A stretch of 62,432 nucleotides of DNA from an uncultured virus (IMG/VR IMGVR_UViG_3300028797_000119) (taxonomy: Duplodnaviria > Heunggongvirae > Uroviricota > Caudoviricetes): IMG/VR virus record IMGVR_UViG_3300028797_000119; one strand, 5' to 3'. Shown here piece by piece: positions 46,577-56,894 of the stretch. Below the pieces are notes generated by a model. The model was not told where the DNA came from and did not search any database. It saw nothing but the letters and a program-made list of their open reading frames with translations. The stretch's first letter is position 1. Each line of letters opens with the position of its first letter. The position numbers and the translations under genes were made by a program.

Positions 46577-47492
46577 TATCATTAGCAGCCTCGGTCTTTT
46601 CTTTGCGATATTTGTCGGCATAAGTACCAACAACCTTAACAAGGTCGTAATAATCGTAAAGTTCGCTGATATCGTGGAACAAAGTATTCGTCTGGAATTT
46701 GTTGGTAACTTCGCCGACAATCTCGAACCATTTGATCGGATGGTCTAGGGTGTCCCTGAAGTATTCCGCCTTCTTGAGGAACGCAACCTTGTCGTTAAGC
46801 TTCGAGTAGACCACGGCTCGCTCGCCTTTCTTGGCGATAACCAAGTCCTTGAAGATAATAGGTTCACCAACCGTCGTCGCGCCGTCGACCGTGATGGTGT
46901 CTGGAAACCGGTCTGTTGTTACGCTCAACGATTCAATGTGTGCAAAATCCTTTATTTGCTGCTTAGTGAAACCATCGGCATCACTGTCGGCGTTCCATAA
47001 CTTTGCGCATTCTTGTACCGATTCGGTTCCGTATTCGGGGTCATCGGTAATGATGCATTGGTAGTCGTCCGGAACCTCGACCACACGGAGTTCATAACCA
47101 CCGTTCAGCGAGTCCATCTTTTCTGCAACATCCTTGGGAATGTACGGATTGTACGAGTCTTGTATCAAATACATCACGATCAAGTCTCTTATGTCCGACA
47201 CTCCCATAAACGGTAGTGAAATCATACCGTCGTTAGGCACGTCCTTGAATTCGGTGTTGTAGAACTTCTTGTAAATGTTCCACCACTCGGTGTACAAAGG
47301 TTCGCATTCGCATCGGTCGGAGTCTGTATAGTATACCCAAACATAGTCCTCGGTCTCGCCATTCGGTTTAGTATAAGGATTCATCTCGAATGTCAAGTCG
47401 TCGTGCCGACGGTGTCTGCAAATTATGTACTCAAGTGCGGCCTTGGTCAGCTTCGCGCCGCCAATACCCGGTCCAATCAAGAATTGTTGCAT
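46557..47492 (-). CDS. hypothetical protein, 311 aa
   Basis: AGGAG RBS; TGCTATATT promoter upstream. Confidence 0.7.
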   Translation of the reverse strand: MQQFLIGPGIGGAKLTKAALEYIICRHRRHDDLTFEMNPYTKPNGETEDYVWVYYTDSDRCECEPLYTEWWNIYKKFYNTEFKDVPNDGMISLPFMGVSDIRDLIVMYLIQDSYNPYIPKDVAEKMDSLNGGYELRVVEVPDDYQCIITDDPEYGTESVQECAKLWNADSDADGFTKQQIKDFAHIESLSVTTDRFPDTITVDGATTVGEPIIFKDLVIAKKGERAVVYSKLNDKVAFLKKAEYFRDTLDHPIKWFEIVGEVTNKFQTNTLFHDISELYDYYDLVKVVGTYADKYRKEKTEAANDNESGNT

Positions 47493-47543
47493 AAAACTCC
47501 TAAAAGAGGCGCTTGCGATTGCAAATGCCTCTTAAATATAGCA

Positions 47544-48056
47544 TTAGATTTCAGTCATATCAACTGGGTTGGTGTCGATTTGCTCGGCGGTGAGAACCAT
47601 CGGAATAAGCACCTTCTTGCCAGAAGTCGGCTCGACTTCCTTGTACTTCACGTACGGGTTCATCTCGAAGTCGGAATCCTTGTCGTAATTCTTCAAGATT
47701 TCGAGCGTGCAGCAAGCGTTTTCGACGAGGCCATCATCCGTGGACTTCGTGGAGTGAGTGAAAGAGACACTTCGTAATATACCCTTGAACGTGGTAATGG
47801 TTTGCAACTCGGTTCCGAAGGTTACATCGATGTAGATACCGTACTCCTTGAGGTCGCGCTTGTGGCTCCACACGCCGTTGGCATTGTCGGTAACGTCTTT
47901 GAGCTGTTCAACGCCGCATTCGTCGGTGAGTACGCGACCGATTTCGCGCACCTCGGCTGGTATGCTAACCTTGAACTTGAGCTGTGTAAGTGCGGTGTCC
48001 TTGACGACAACGGTTGCTTTGCTGTTGAGAATGCCTGTAAGGGAAAATAGTGACAT
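47544..48056 (-). CDS. hypothetical protein (MSLFSLT...)
   Basis: GGAG RBS. Confidence 0.65.
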   Translation of the reverse strand: MSLFSLTGILNSKATVVVKDTALTQLKFKVSIPAEVREIGRVLTDECGVEQLKDVTDNANGVWSHKRDLKEYGIYIDVTFGTELQTITTFKGILRSVSFTHSTKSTDDGLVENACCTLEILKNYDKDSDFEMNPYVKYKEVEPTSGKKVLIPMVLTAEQIDTNPVDMTEI

Positions 48057-48169
48057 TATGTTTCTCCATGTGTTCTGTTTCTTCCGGAGAATATAGAACA
48101 ATGGAATTTTAATTGCAAATGCATACATATAACATTGACAATCGCATTGCAATTTATTAAATTCAACTT

Positions 48170-48532
48170 ATGTTCAAAGTTCTCAAATACCGCATCAGCC
48201 TAATCAAGTATACTCTGGAACACCGAAATGCTCTCCAGAAACTTGCCAAGAAACACGGGTATTCGTTCCCCTTACACGACTTGGACAAGGTTATTCTCTA
48301 TCTGTTCCTTGGAAAGCACTATACACAAGTTCTACACCGGTATTGGTCTAGCCACCATTATCGCAACGGAGACATCAAGGACAAGGTTCAAGCAGCCTTC
48401 GACTGGGAATCAGCTCGTTTCACGAAGCCGGACAAGCCTCTCGACGCGTTCGACACTTGGCTCAAATACTACCCCAACGTAAATATGGCTCCCACCCTCA
48501 AGAAGTTAGGATTCTACCATGAAACGCATTAA
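48170..48532 (+). CDS. HD-like / DUF5662-related small protein
   Basis: H...HDLDK...HR...HH...DWE. Confidence 0.55.
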   Translation: MFKVLKYRISLIKYTLEHRNALQKLAKKHGYSFPLHDLDKVILYLFLGKHYTQVLHRYWSSHHYRNGDIKDKVQAAFDWESARFTKPDKPLDAFDTWLKYYPNVNMAPTLKKLGFYHETH

Positions 48533-49049
48533 GCACAGAATTTACGTGGGTGGCCCGTTTACGTTCAAGTACAGCGAAGTGACCCCCGAACTTATCCGCA
48601 GCGACTTCCGTTACGGAATCGTCGGCGAGCCGTTCATCGAACAGCACAACGACATCGAAGACCTCGGAAACGTCGAATACACCGGTCCGTTCTACTATTA
48701 CAAGAAGGGTCTCAACTCCGAGGCGGTTGTAGAGTCCGAAGTGGAAGCAATCCGCCGTTCCGACATAGTCTTCCTCGTGTTCCCCGAAGACGGTCAAGCT
48801 CCCGGAACCGTGGCCGAACTCATTTTCGCCGCGACGCTCAACAAGCGCATCGAAGTATTCTATGTACCAACCAAGGAACAGACCGAAGAAGACGTGTCTT
48901 CGGATAACATTGCCACTCAGATTCATCACCAATACTGGTATCCGTTCCACCAAGCGCGTATTATCAACCCGAACATCACCTTCCACAAGTGCAACAGTAC
49001 CGAACACGCCACGGACTGGTGCGCAACCATTATCAAAACAATCAAATAG
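48519..49049 (+). CDS. nucleoside 2-deoxyribosyltransferase-like protein
   Basis: IYVGGPF, EAIRRSD, PGTVAEL.FA. Confidence 0.65.
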   Translation: MKRIKHRIYVGGPFTFKYSEVTPELIRSDFRYGIVGEPFIEQHNDIEDLGNVEYTGPFYYYKKGLNSEAVVESEVEAIRRSDIVFLVFPEDGQAPGTVAELIFAATLNKRIEVFYVPTKEQTEEDVSSDNIATQIHHQYWYPFHQARIINPNITFHKCNSTEHATDWCATIIKTIK

Positions 49050-49059
49050 GACACTAAAC

Positions 49060-49659
49060 ATGACATCGGATCAGCTCGAAATCTTAGCTACCGTTTTTGG
49101 ACTAATCCAAGGAATCTTGGTAATGCTTAACAAGCGTGCCAACTGGCTAGTCTACGTTATCCAGCTTGGCTTCCTTATCGCATTCTCATATGTAAACCGT
49201 TTGTATGGTGACATGGTACAGAGCGGCATCATGGTTGCAATCTGTGCATACGCATTCATACAATGGGGAAAACCGGAATCTGCGATTTCCTACCTGAAGT
49301 CGTCCCATGCGATTACAGTGTCCGTTTTGGTGATTGTCGGAACTCTTGTCGGTTATGTCATACTGGCACAGACCGACGACCCGCTGCCGCATCTCGACTC
49401 CTTCACGACAGTGACGACATTCGTCGCTCTTGCCTTGATGGCTCTGCGCAAGATAGAATCCTGGATTGTCTGGTTCGTCAACGACATAGCCTATATCGTA
49501 GAATACTATATGCTTCCAGACCAAGCCGTGTATCTGCTCGCTCTGTATACCATCTGGACGGCTATGGCAGTATTCTCTTTTATCAACTGGACTCGTGAAT
49601 ACAACAAGCGTGGAGGTAACATGTCAACTACCCACGCCCTAAAGGGCGGGAGCTTGTAA
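49060..49659 (+). CDS. pnuC: nicotinamide riboside transporter PnuC
   Basis: multi-TM; DSFTT, LMALRKIESWIVW.VND; last about 12 codons supplied by the inserted element. Confidence 0.88.
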   Translation: MTSDQLEILATVFGLIQGILVMLNKRANWLVYVIQLGFLIAFSYVNRLYGDMVQSGIMVAICAYAFIQWGKPESAISYLKSSHAITVSVLVIVGTLVGYVILAQTDDPLPHLDSFTTVTTFVALALMALRKIESWIVWFVNDIAYIVEYYMLPDQAVYLLALYTIWTAMAVFSFINWTREYNKRGGNMSTTHALKGGSL

Positions 49660-50000
49660 AGCTCCGTCATGTTGCCACGCGGAGGCTTACATACGATTGG
49701 CCGGTTGGCTGGCGGCCTGCCCGATAGGTATGACGAGCATACGAACCGGGATGGTTAGACTGCATTTCAGCAATCCGCTATACTCATAATGCATCTTGAA
49801 TCCGTTATGTATGTGGCTACCGAATCCAATCAAACCGTTTCCTCACCTAGCCACGAGCCTCTTTTGGACTTTTTGATGAGTGCCTTTTATTTCAGCAAGA
49901 CTTTCAGCGTTGTGTACAATATAGTTTATAATTTTCTATTTGGCAAGTGGGCATTCCTATGCCGCCCTAAAGGGACGGCATCTTCCTGCCCACACTTTTT
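49623..50000 (-). mobile_element. non-autonomous IS200/IS605-family derivative (both ends, no ORF)
   Basis: GTCAACTACCCACGCCCTAAAGGGCGGGAGCTTG end at 49623; TGCCGCCCTAAAGGGACGGCA hairpin at about 49960; flanking GTGAA (TTCAC on -) at 50001. Confidence 0.75.
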
Positions 50001-50168
50001 GTGAACGGCGGTGCGTCGTAACCGTTCCAGTCTTGTTCAAGCTTCCGGTATTCGTCTATGCGATGGTTCATCGTGGTCAGCCATTTGTCCATACGGCGAA
50101 CCATATTGATTCACAATGCCAGAATCACATAGGCGAGCAGCACCAGCCCGTAATACGGAGTCATCATA

Positions 50169-50657
50169 TCAACTATTCAGAAGAGTTTCGCGAACCTTGG
50201 TTATGACTTTCCCAAGCAAGTTCTGGCCATTCCAGTTCGTGTCGTCGTGGAGACGAGCGTCACCCATTCCGAGCTTGATTCCCCAGATGCCGTCATACGG
50301 AGACGCTTCGACAAACGTCTTTCCATCGAACTTTGGATCGAGAAGCTTTTTCTTCAACTTTTCGTTCTGGGAATACTTAGCCATGTTGACGTCAAACATA
50401 ACGTCAAAACGAACCTTGTCCCATTCGGAGTCGACGTAGTTCTTGACTTCACGACCTAGATTCTTGGCTTCCATCGGCGTAGTAGCAGCAAGAATCTTCA
50501 TTGCGGTCTCTTGGTCGTTGAACTTGATAGCCTTCTCCCACATGAAAGCCTGTTCGGAGCAGAAGAATTGTTGACCCTTGTAGGTGAAACTTGTACGGAA
50601 GAAGTTGCTAGGCCATTCCGTGTAGAAAAATGCGTATTTATCAGTTATATCTATCAT
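50169..50657 (-). CDS. NADAR (YbiA-like) family protein
   Basis: SNF, SEQAFM.EKA..F.D, K.LGREV, VEASPYD.IWGI, GQNLLG. Confidence 0.9.
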   Translation of the reverse strand: MIDITDKYAFFYTEWPSNFFRTSFTYKGQQFFCSEQAFMWEKAIKFNDQETAMKILAATTPMEAKNLGREVKNYVDSEWDKVRFDVMFDVNMAKYSQNEKLKKKLLDPKFDGKTFVEASPYDGIWGIKLGMGDARLHDDTNWNGQNLLGKVITKVRETLLNS

Positions 50658-50693
50658 AACTGCAAATATAGCAATCAATCATGTCTTATGCAA

Positions 50694-51656
50694 CTATTCG
50701 AAAGCTTTGCGTATGAATTCGACCAGCTTCTGCCACCAAGTCTTCTGTGGAACGACCACCGGTTGAGCCGCCTTGTCGACGATTACTAAATCCCCCTTGG
50801 GAGTTTCCTCAACATGGTAGTCATGCTTAGGTTCCTCCTTTGGTTCTTCGGCTTTAGGTTCTTCGGGTTTAGGTTCGACCTTCGGCTCTTCCTCGGGCGG
50901 TTCCGGTTCAGACCGCTTGGTTATGTTTCCAAGGACGTCCTTAATCTGGAAGACCATTTCGGGAGGAAGGTCATACTTGTCCTTGCGGACATTGCTGTGA
51001 CAGAATATCCCACGGAACGATACCGCTTCCTCGGCAGTCTCGAACACGTCGCCGATGCAATCCTTGAATGTAAGTGGAATGTTGTGGCGTTCTGACAGAT
51101 ATACCATCAGACGGGCGACCGCTTCTTTTTGACGGTCAGACATCTTTGCGTAAAAGTCATATCCACGGTACGAGACCGCGTCCACGAGTGAGTCGTCTGT
51201 CGTGTAGGTATTTCCGTATGCGTCCACGTACTTATCGTCTTTCAGGCGTAACGGACCGTAATTCGAAATCTCGATACCGATGGACTGCTTCGACATGACG
51301 GAATTACCGCCGATTGCCGTAGAACCGAGGTGGTAGCTCCAAAAATCGTCCGGGAACAGTCTGTAGACGAATCCTAGACGGTCTACGACGTACTGGACTG
51401 ACATGTGGTTATTCTCTTTGGTAAGGGTAGCAATGTCGCCCGGAAGAACGCCTACGGTAAAGTGGAGGCATATCTGCTTCTTTTCCGTCTTTGTCTGGTA
51501 GTAGTACGACTTGAACGAGGTGGATAACGGAGTAATCGTGAATCCGTTTCCGATATCGATCTTGTTTCCGGCAGTGAACTGCTTTGCGGTAGAGTCAATC
51601 AGTTTTAGCGCGAACTTCGACTCGCGTTCTGAAATTGTTTCTGGTGTCATATCCAC
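50694..51656 (-). CDS. N-acetylmuramoyl-L-alanine amidase (Amidase_2), putative endolysin
   Basis: ICLHFTVG, SVQYVVDR.G, SYHLG, SIGIEI, GIFCHSNV; PE-rich linker. Confidence 0.8.
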   Translation of the reverse strand: MDMTPETISERESKFALKLIDSTAKQFTAGNKIDIGNGFTITPLSTSFKSYYYQTKTEKKQICLHFTVGVLPGDIATLTKENNHMSVQYVVDRLGFVYRLFPDDFWSYHLGSTAIGGNSVMSKQSIGIEISNYGPLRLKDDKYVDAYGNTYTTDDSLVDAVSYRGYDFYAKMSDRQKEAVARLMVYLSERHNIPLTFKDCIGDVFETAEEAVSFRGIFCHSNVRKDKYDLPPEMVFQIKDVLGNITKRSEPEPPEEEPKVEPKPEEPKAEEPKEEPKHDYHVEETPKGDLVIVDKAAQPVVVPQKTWWQKLVEFIRKAFE

Positions 51657-51737
51657 CTCGCATCATTTTAATGGAGTTTATGAATACGAAACTACATCAA
51701 TTCTTATAAACTCCGAGTAAAGGTTTTTGGTAACGAT

Positions 51738-52904
51738 ATGCTCTTCGATATTGGATGCAATTTGCTTGAAGCGTTCGACATGATATACGAACGAACTGGA
51801 GAAGAAAATCCAAATGCGATTTTCGAAACCCGTAACACAAACACGAACGAAGCACAACCGAAGTTTTCAGCTACTGATATCAGTGATTTGTTCGGTCCGG
51901 CGACCGATGAAGGAAAATCGAACCGAGTAAAGCTCGCCAAGCTTGTGTATGGCGACGGAGACAGCTTTACCATACAAGCAAGCGATGCGGTACCGTGGAC
52001 GCTCGTATTCAACAAGGACGGCGATAATGTAGTGTCTTTTGACGAAGAAACAAAAACGGTTACTATTAACGCCAAGCGAGCCGCATATAAGAAAAAGGTC
52101 GCCGACTTCCTCGCAAAAGGCTTGCAGAATAAAGAGTATACCAATATCGACAAGGCTCACAAGAACACGTTCCAAGACGCCATCAACCAAATGGAAGGAA
52201 TTATCAAGAAGGCGCTGAAAGGCGAAGATGTCAGCATTTCCGCACTTGACAAGGCGGCGCAAGAGCTTGCGGAAAAGCGTAAATCATCTCGTAACAAGAA
52301 TACGCAAACGACAACCAACCAGACTGCGGAACCCATTGAACAACAAGATGGAAATAACAATGCACAGCAAGATCAGCAAGTCGCATCAACTAACCAACAG
52401 CAAGCTCAACCAGATAGTAACCAGCCCAAAACACAGAATCAGATGTACAAGGAATTTGTTACCAAGTTCAAGGATGAATTTACCGACAGAATACCGGCTG
52501 ACTGCAATGACCCTAACATGAACCAGAGCGACATTGACGACAAGGCAGCTGAATACTTCAACGAAATTCAATCGCCAATCTTGGATAATGCCGACGACAA
52601 TACTCGCAATACAGCATACCGTTATGTACAAGCAGCTATCACCAAGCATGTTCGTTCGCTAAACGGCAACATGCCTAGCCAAAATAATCAGAATTTCGAT
52701 AGGCCAAACAATAGCAGTGATGACAATTTCATATGGGGCGAGACCGATGACGACGGTGACCTTAACAATCAAAAACCAAAAAAGACTACTAATGACAACA
52801 CTAACCAAGATACGAACTCGGATGCGAATCAAGAAAAAGATACAAGTTATGGGCAACGTATTATAAATACAGCAGACGCATACAAAAAGAACTTCACATT
52901 CTAA
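51738..52904 (+). CDS. hypothetical Q/N/D-rich protein (possibly virion-associated)
   Basis: 388-aa ORF with ATAAACT upstream. Confidence 0.7.
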   Translation: MLFDIGCNLLEAFDMIYERTGEENPNAIFETRNTNTNEAQPKFSATDISDLFGPATDEGKSNRVKLAKLVYGDGDSFTIQASDAVPWTLVFNKDGDNVVSFDEETKTVTINAKRAAYKKKVADFLAKGLQNKEYTNIDKAHKNTFQDAINQMEGIIKKALKGEDVSISALDKAAQELAEKRKSSRNKNTQTTTNQTAEPIEQQDGNNNAQQDQQVASTNQQQAQPDSNQPKTQNQMYKEFVTKFKDEFTDRIPADCNDPNMNQSDIDDKAAEYFNEIQSPILDNADDNTRNTAYRYVQAAITKHVRSLNGNMPSQNNQNFDRPNNSSDDNFIWGETDDDGDLNNQKPKKTTNDNTNQDTNSDANQEKDTSYGQRIINTADAYKKNFTF

Positions 52905-52907
52905 ATT

Positions 52908-52938
52908 AAAAACGCCGCTGTTAAGCGGCGTTCTTTTT
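52908..52938. terminator. bidirectional terminator
   Basis: AAAAACGCCGCTGTTAAGCGGCGTTCTTTT. Confidence 0.7.
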
Positions 52939-55291
52939 ATACTGGGTTTCGTTTGAACTCTTCCGAGTGATTCTTGATTTTACTCTGTACTGAACCAGAG
53001 ATTTCGAAGAATCGATTGAGGAACTGATTAGAGAATGTGACTTCATTATCATTGGCGTGTTCTTGGTCATAAGTAACTGGAATTTCAGCCTGATTCTGCT
53101 CATAAAATACATCGCTATTTCCGTCATTCTTCCCGTTAGTCATGTGAGGTATAGCGATGAAAGCACCACCAGTTCCGTAATCCACAATGAAAGACACCGA
53201 TATAAGCGAATTGTCGTGCTGATTTCTATTTACAATATTTTCGCTCAGTTCATACGGTTCTCCATACTTCAGGAATGTATTGTCGAATGCTTGCCTACAC
53301 TGGTTTAGCTTTTCCATTGCATTAGACTTGTCGACATCTTGTCCGGCATTAACTATACGCTGATTGCGGCGCTTGATATCGGCGTCTTGACTTACAACAC
53401 CGGCTGCCTTGTTACCAGACATAATATGTTTGATGGTTCCATATTCTGTACCAGTCAATACCGGTATTAGCGCCTCGGAAATCATGTCGAACTCTTCTGT
53501 ATTTGGGTTAGACATAATTTGATTGATATTCTGACCATCCAAATTTATCGATACAAAGTTTCGATTCAATACTTTCTTTTTATAGCCAAATTGTACATGA
53601 TGAGTTTCAGAGTTATCGTCAAGAACAGTAATCTGGGCCTTCATAATGTTAGATGCCGATAAATCAGATGTAACCGTTATTTCGCAAGATGCACCAAGAG
53701 TTCCCCCAAAAGATATCGGTTTGAAATCAAGCTTAGTGTGAATATTTACTTGATCAAAATATTTATCCAAACTATGTGACAGCTCGTTCATCATAGAGTC
53801 TAATCCGTCTATGAAGTCAAATCCGGCTCCATATGCTGTGCATAGATTTTGAGCAATTGAAAGTGCTTCTGTGGCACTATGTACGACCATAGTAGAATAT
53901 TCCAAACGATTTCTAAAGGTCGACATATATCGAATCTCGACATCATCCTTGTTGTTCACGTTAATGAAATTGTTATTACTATAGTCATCAATTTCAGAAA
54001 GGTGTAAAATTACGACTGGTGTGTTGATAGGGGAAACCGTAAACGCAATAGCTCGTGCACCCAATGAACTAGGAACTCTAACAATACGTGCTTTGACTTC
54101 GCTATCACTTTCGTAATCGCTAGCAAAATCCGTAATAGATTTGTCGTGTACCATGTTAGTCTTTCGCATATTATAAAATAATGCGGATAAATTGTCTGGG
54201 TATGCTATTTTATTGCCTAAGAATAAGTTGAGATTGCCCGGCTTTGCGTTTTCGATGTCATTATCTTTCTCGATAGTTGCGGAAACCGTCGACCCGACCC
54301 AATCATTCAACCCGGCAAAATTTGATAACTTAGTCTTCGACTTTACTGAACTTAATCGCTGCTTTCCATTTTCATCCGGCTTCGTATAACGAACCATCAT
54401 AACATTACCATCGGCAATGCCGACTCTATAAAACAATTCAGCATGGTCTCCGTTTTGTAGATAACCCACATCAACTAGAAGTTCGCTAGATTGACTCAGA
54501 GGAGTATATAGCAGTTTCTTAATATATGGATCACTCGGATTACCAATAGTACCGTGCTTCTTAGTACGTGTATCGATAACTACGATGTCATCAGTATTGA
54601 TATTATCGACTGCGGAATCCTTGTTATAAATATACTTAACCGCACTAAACGGATCAATTACTTTCTGCAAAAGCTTAACAAACTCGATTCGATTCTTTTC
54701 AAATGCAGAATCAATCTGTTCTTGAGATACTGGAATGCCGTTGGTTTCGAAATAATTCGATAATGCGTCCGAATAAATCTTCTTTAAATAGTCATCGCTT
54801 TTGGTTTGTAAAGTGGCTTTAATTTTAGGAATATCTTCTTCTTTGGCGTTTAAGTTTTTTATTACCAATTTTAGCAAAACTGGCATATCAAGCATCTTTC
54901 GAAGAGAAAACTTTGGGAACTGTTCATAATAAGGTACACCACGAACGGATTCCATGTTCTTTTCCGATGTCATCAATGTAATAAGCATTGAACGAAGTGT
55001 CACATTTCTCTTAGCAACTTCAGCCTCAAACCATTGAATATCCGCATCGGACAACTTTCCGTCTTCTGAAACCGTAATTTGTCGATAAGTTTTGTCATCG
55101 TCAAATCCGATGAACTGTCCTCTTGAATTGAATACGATCTTAAATACTGGTTTAGGATTACCAGGTATGATAAAAGGTATAATGGTGTCTGTCATATGCA
55201 TGACATCCATTTTTATGTCACTGCTTCCGCATATGGGAAGACCCATGATTTGTTTGGCTACTCGATCAATAAGTTTTGGGTTTACAGGCAT
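52937..55291 (-). CDS. large hypothetical protein, 784 aa (possibly structural)
   Basis: long ORF with ATAAACT upstream. Confidence 0.75.
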   Translation of the reverse strand: MPVNPKLIDRVAKQIMGLPICGSSDIKMDVMHMTDTIIPFIIPGNPKPVFKIVFNSRGQFIGFDDDKTYRQITVSEDGKLSDADIQWFEAEVAKRNVTLRSMLITLMTSEKNMESVRGVPYYEQFPKFSLRKMLDMPVLLKLVIKNLNAKEEDIPKIKATLQTKSDDYLKKIYSDALSNYFETNGIPVSQEQIDSAFEKNRIEFVKLLQKVIDPFSAVKYIYNKDSAVDNINTDDIVVIDTRTKKHGTIGNPSDPYIKKLLYTPLSQSSELLVDVGYLQNGDHAELFYRVGIADGNVMMVRYTKPDENGKQRLSSVKSKTKLSNFAGLNDWVGSTVSATIEKDNDIENAKPGNLNLFLGNKIAYPDNLSALFYNMRKTNMVHDKSITDFASDYESDSEVKARIVRVPSSLGARAIAFTVSPINTPVVILHLSEIDDYSNNNFINVNNKDDVEIRYMSTFRNRLEYSTMVVHSATEALSIAQNLCTAYGAGFDFIDGLDSMMNELSHSLDKYFDQVNIHTKLDFKPISFGGTLGASCEITVTSDLSASNIMKAQITVLDDNSETHHVQFGYKKKVLNRNFVSINLDGQNINQIMSNPNTEEFDMISEALIPVLTGTEYGTIKHIMSGNKAAGVVSQDADIKRRNQRIVNAGQDVDKSNAMEKLNQCRQAFDNTFLKYGEPYELSENIVNRNQHDNSLISVSFIVDYGTGGAFIAIPHMTNGKNDGNSDVFYEQNQAEIPVTYDQEHANDNEVTFSNQFLNRFFEISGSVQSKIKNHSEEFKRNPV

Positions 55292-55356
55292 AGGAACTTC
55301 TCTATTGCTATTTGCAGTTTATAAGTTCCTATACAAAATTAGACCGTTTATACGGT

Positions 55357-56241
55357 TTAATCACATAGAATTTCGGAACGTGGCTTGAACTCGATTGGCT
55401 TGTCGTTAACCTTGTGAAGATTCAATAAAAAGATAAGCTGTTCTCGGTGAGCTTCTAGAAAATTTATGAACGCTGAATGCTTGTATTTCGCGGATTCGCG
55501 GTCATGGTACTGATGCATAACGCCATTGTTTCCAATCGGCAATGCGATTACTGGGAGTCCAGTATAAAAACATTCCATTCCGAGAAATCCGTCTTCTCCA
55601 CCCCATGTACCAAGAAAATCACTATGAAACGTCTCGCATCGGTCATACAATAGACCGTTTAACCGACGTAGATGCGTAATTGCAGCTGTGTTCAAACCAA
55701 AATTGCAAGTCCAAACCACACCAGAATCTACGAAATACGCCTCGTTCGTTACTACGGTCGGCTCGTCGCAAAATATGGACACCTCACTTTGCGGAATCAT
55801 CCGTTGATCCATCCAATCATATATTGATTCTTTGCGTTGTCCGACCGATATAACGGAATCCGTTTGCGCCAATATAGACATGTGGTCTTTAATCAAGTCT
55901 GGTTCCGGAAAACAGTCACCGTCTATAAACACGATAGCGTCATAACCATTCGCTAGCATGTAGTCAATAGCCACTTCACGTACATGGCCAGCGAAGAACT
56001 GTTCTTCTCCATATTCCATCTGCGGATGCCCGATATGTTCCGGACGATCTCGTACGACTACTTGCTCGATTAGTGAATTTCTGGACAGTATATTTCGACA
56101 GTCCACCATGTCTTTGGCGGATGGCCGATCTTGCAGATATAGAACCTTGTCAGGTTTCACTGACATGGCCTCGATGTGCTTGGCCATAGGTTCTAGGTAC
56201 TTAATCTGGTCTTTATTTGGAATTGCTAATAATGTTTTCAT
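55357..56241 (-). CDS. GT-A (family 2-like) glycosyltransferase
   Basis: MKTLLAIPNK start, VFIDGDC DxD, WGGED, H. Confidence 0.75.
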   Translation of the reverse strand: MKTLLAIPNKDQIKYLEPMAKHIEAMSVKPDKVLYLQDRPSAKDMVDCRNILSRNSLIEQVVVRDRPEHIGHPQMEYGEEQFFAGHVREVAIDYMLANGYDAIVFIDGDCFPEPDLIKDHMSILAQTDSVISVGQRKESIYDWMDQRMIPQSEVSIFCDEPTVVTNEAYFVDSGVVWTCNFGLNTAAITHLRRLNGLLYDRCETFHSDFLGTWGGEDGFLGMECFYTGLPVIALPIGNNGVMHQYHDRESAKYKHSAFINFLEAHREQLIFLLNLHKVNDKPIEFKPRSEILCD

Positions 56242-56387
56242 TTGGGCAGTATTCACTTCGTACTGTTTCAAATCCGACATCAGATTCTTGCCGGCGAATA
56301 CGGTCAAACTGAATTCCTTCACCAAAACGGGTTTCCGAATTCTGGATTTTGTCCATAGTTCCTCCTGTTGGGAAGGTTCAGCCTTCC

Positions 56388-56864
56388 CTATTGTATATTT
56401 TTAGTTTTCTTATCGCAGAAAACGTCCGCTGTATTTTTCATCAAGTTGTATAGCTGTTTAGACAACTTAAACCGTTTCTTGTTTACCAACAGTGATTTGT
56501 ATATGCTACCGTCCTTTCCTCGCCGAACCGATGCACACCAGTCACAGAACATCTCAATGAGCTGGAACAAGTTCATATCGTCAACCTTTTGAAAATGCTC
56601 CGGATGGTGGTCATTTACCGCATAGTGATGGTCTAAGCAAACCTTCATATTCTTTTTAGACCGTTTGTATTCCGGCGAGTTGTAGACCATGTTTCCAAGA
56701 TTCTTCGTATTCTTATCAAAGTCGGCTTTTTCCGGCGGCAACAGTTTCGTACGGTCATGAAAGTGGCCTCGTTTCAAAAGTTCGGCTGAAAACTTCGACA
56801 TATTCGTGAAAACCAAGTCGATATGCTTAAATGTAGCTGGGGTAGAATCGTAAATTTTTTTCAT
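56388..56864 (-). CDS. DUF5662-like HD-fold protein
   Basis: H...HDRTK...HHY..N.HHPEHF...EM.CDW. Confidence 0.7.
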   Translation of the reverse strand: MKKIYDSTPATFKHIDLVFTNMSKFSAELLKRGHFHDRTKLLPPEKADFDKNTKNLGNMVYNSPEYKRSKKNMKVCLDHHYAVNDHHPEHFQKVDDMNLFQLIEMFCDWCASVRRGKDGSIYKSLLVNKKRFKLSKQLYNLMKNTADVFCDKKTKNIQ

Positions 56865-56894
56865 ACGCTAAATATAATATAATTATTTTTATTT

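Noticed and set aside
56213..56356. 47-aa ORF with strong RBS upstream of the glycosyltransferase
   Set aside because: It could be a real small gene, but it overlaps the GT start in another frame and has no motif, so there is not enough support to call it.
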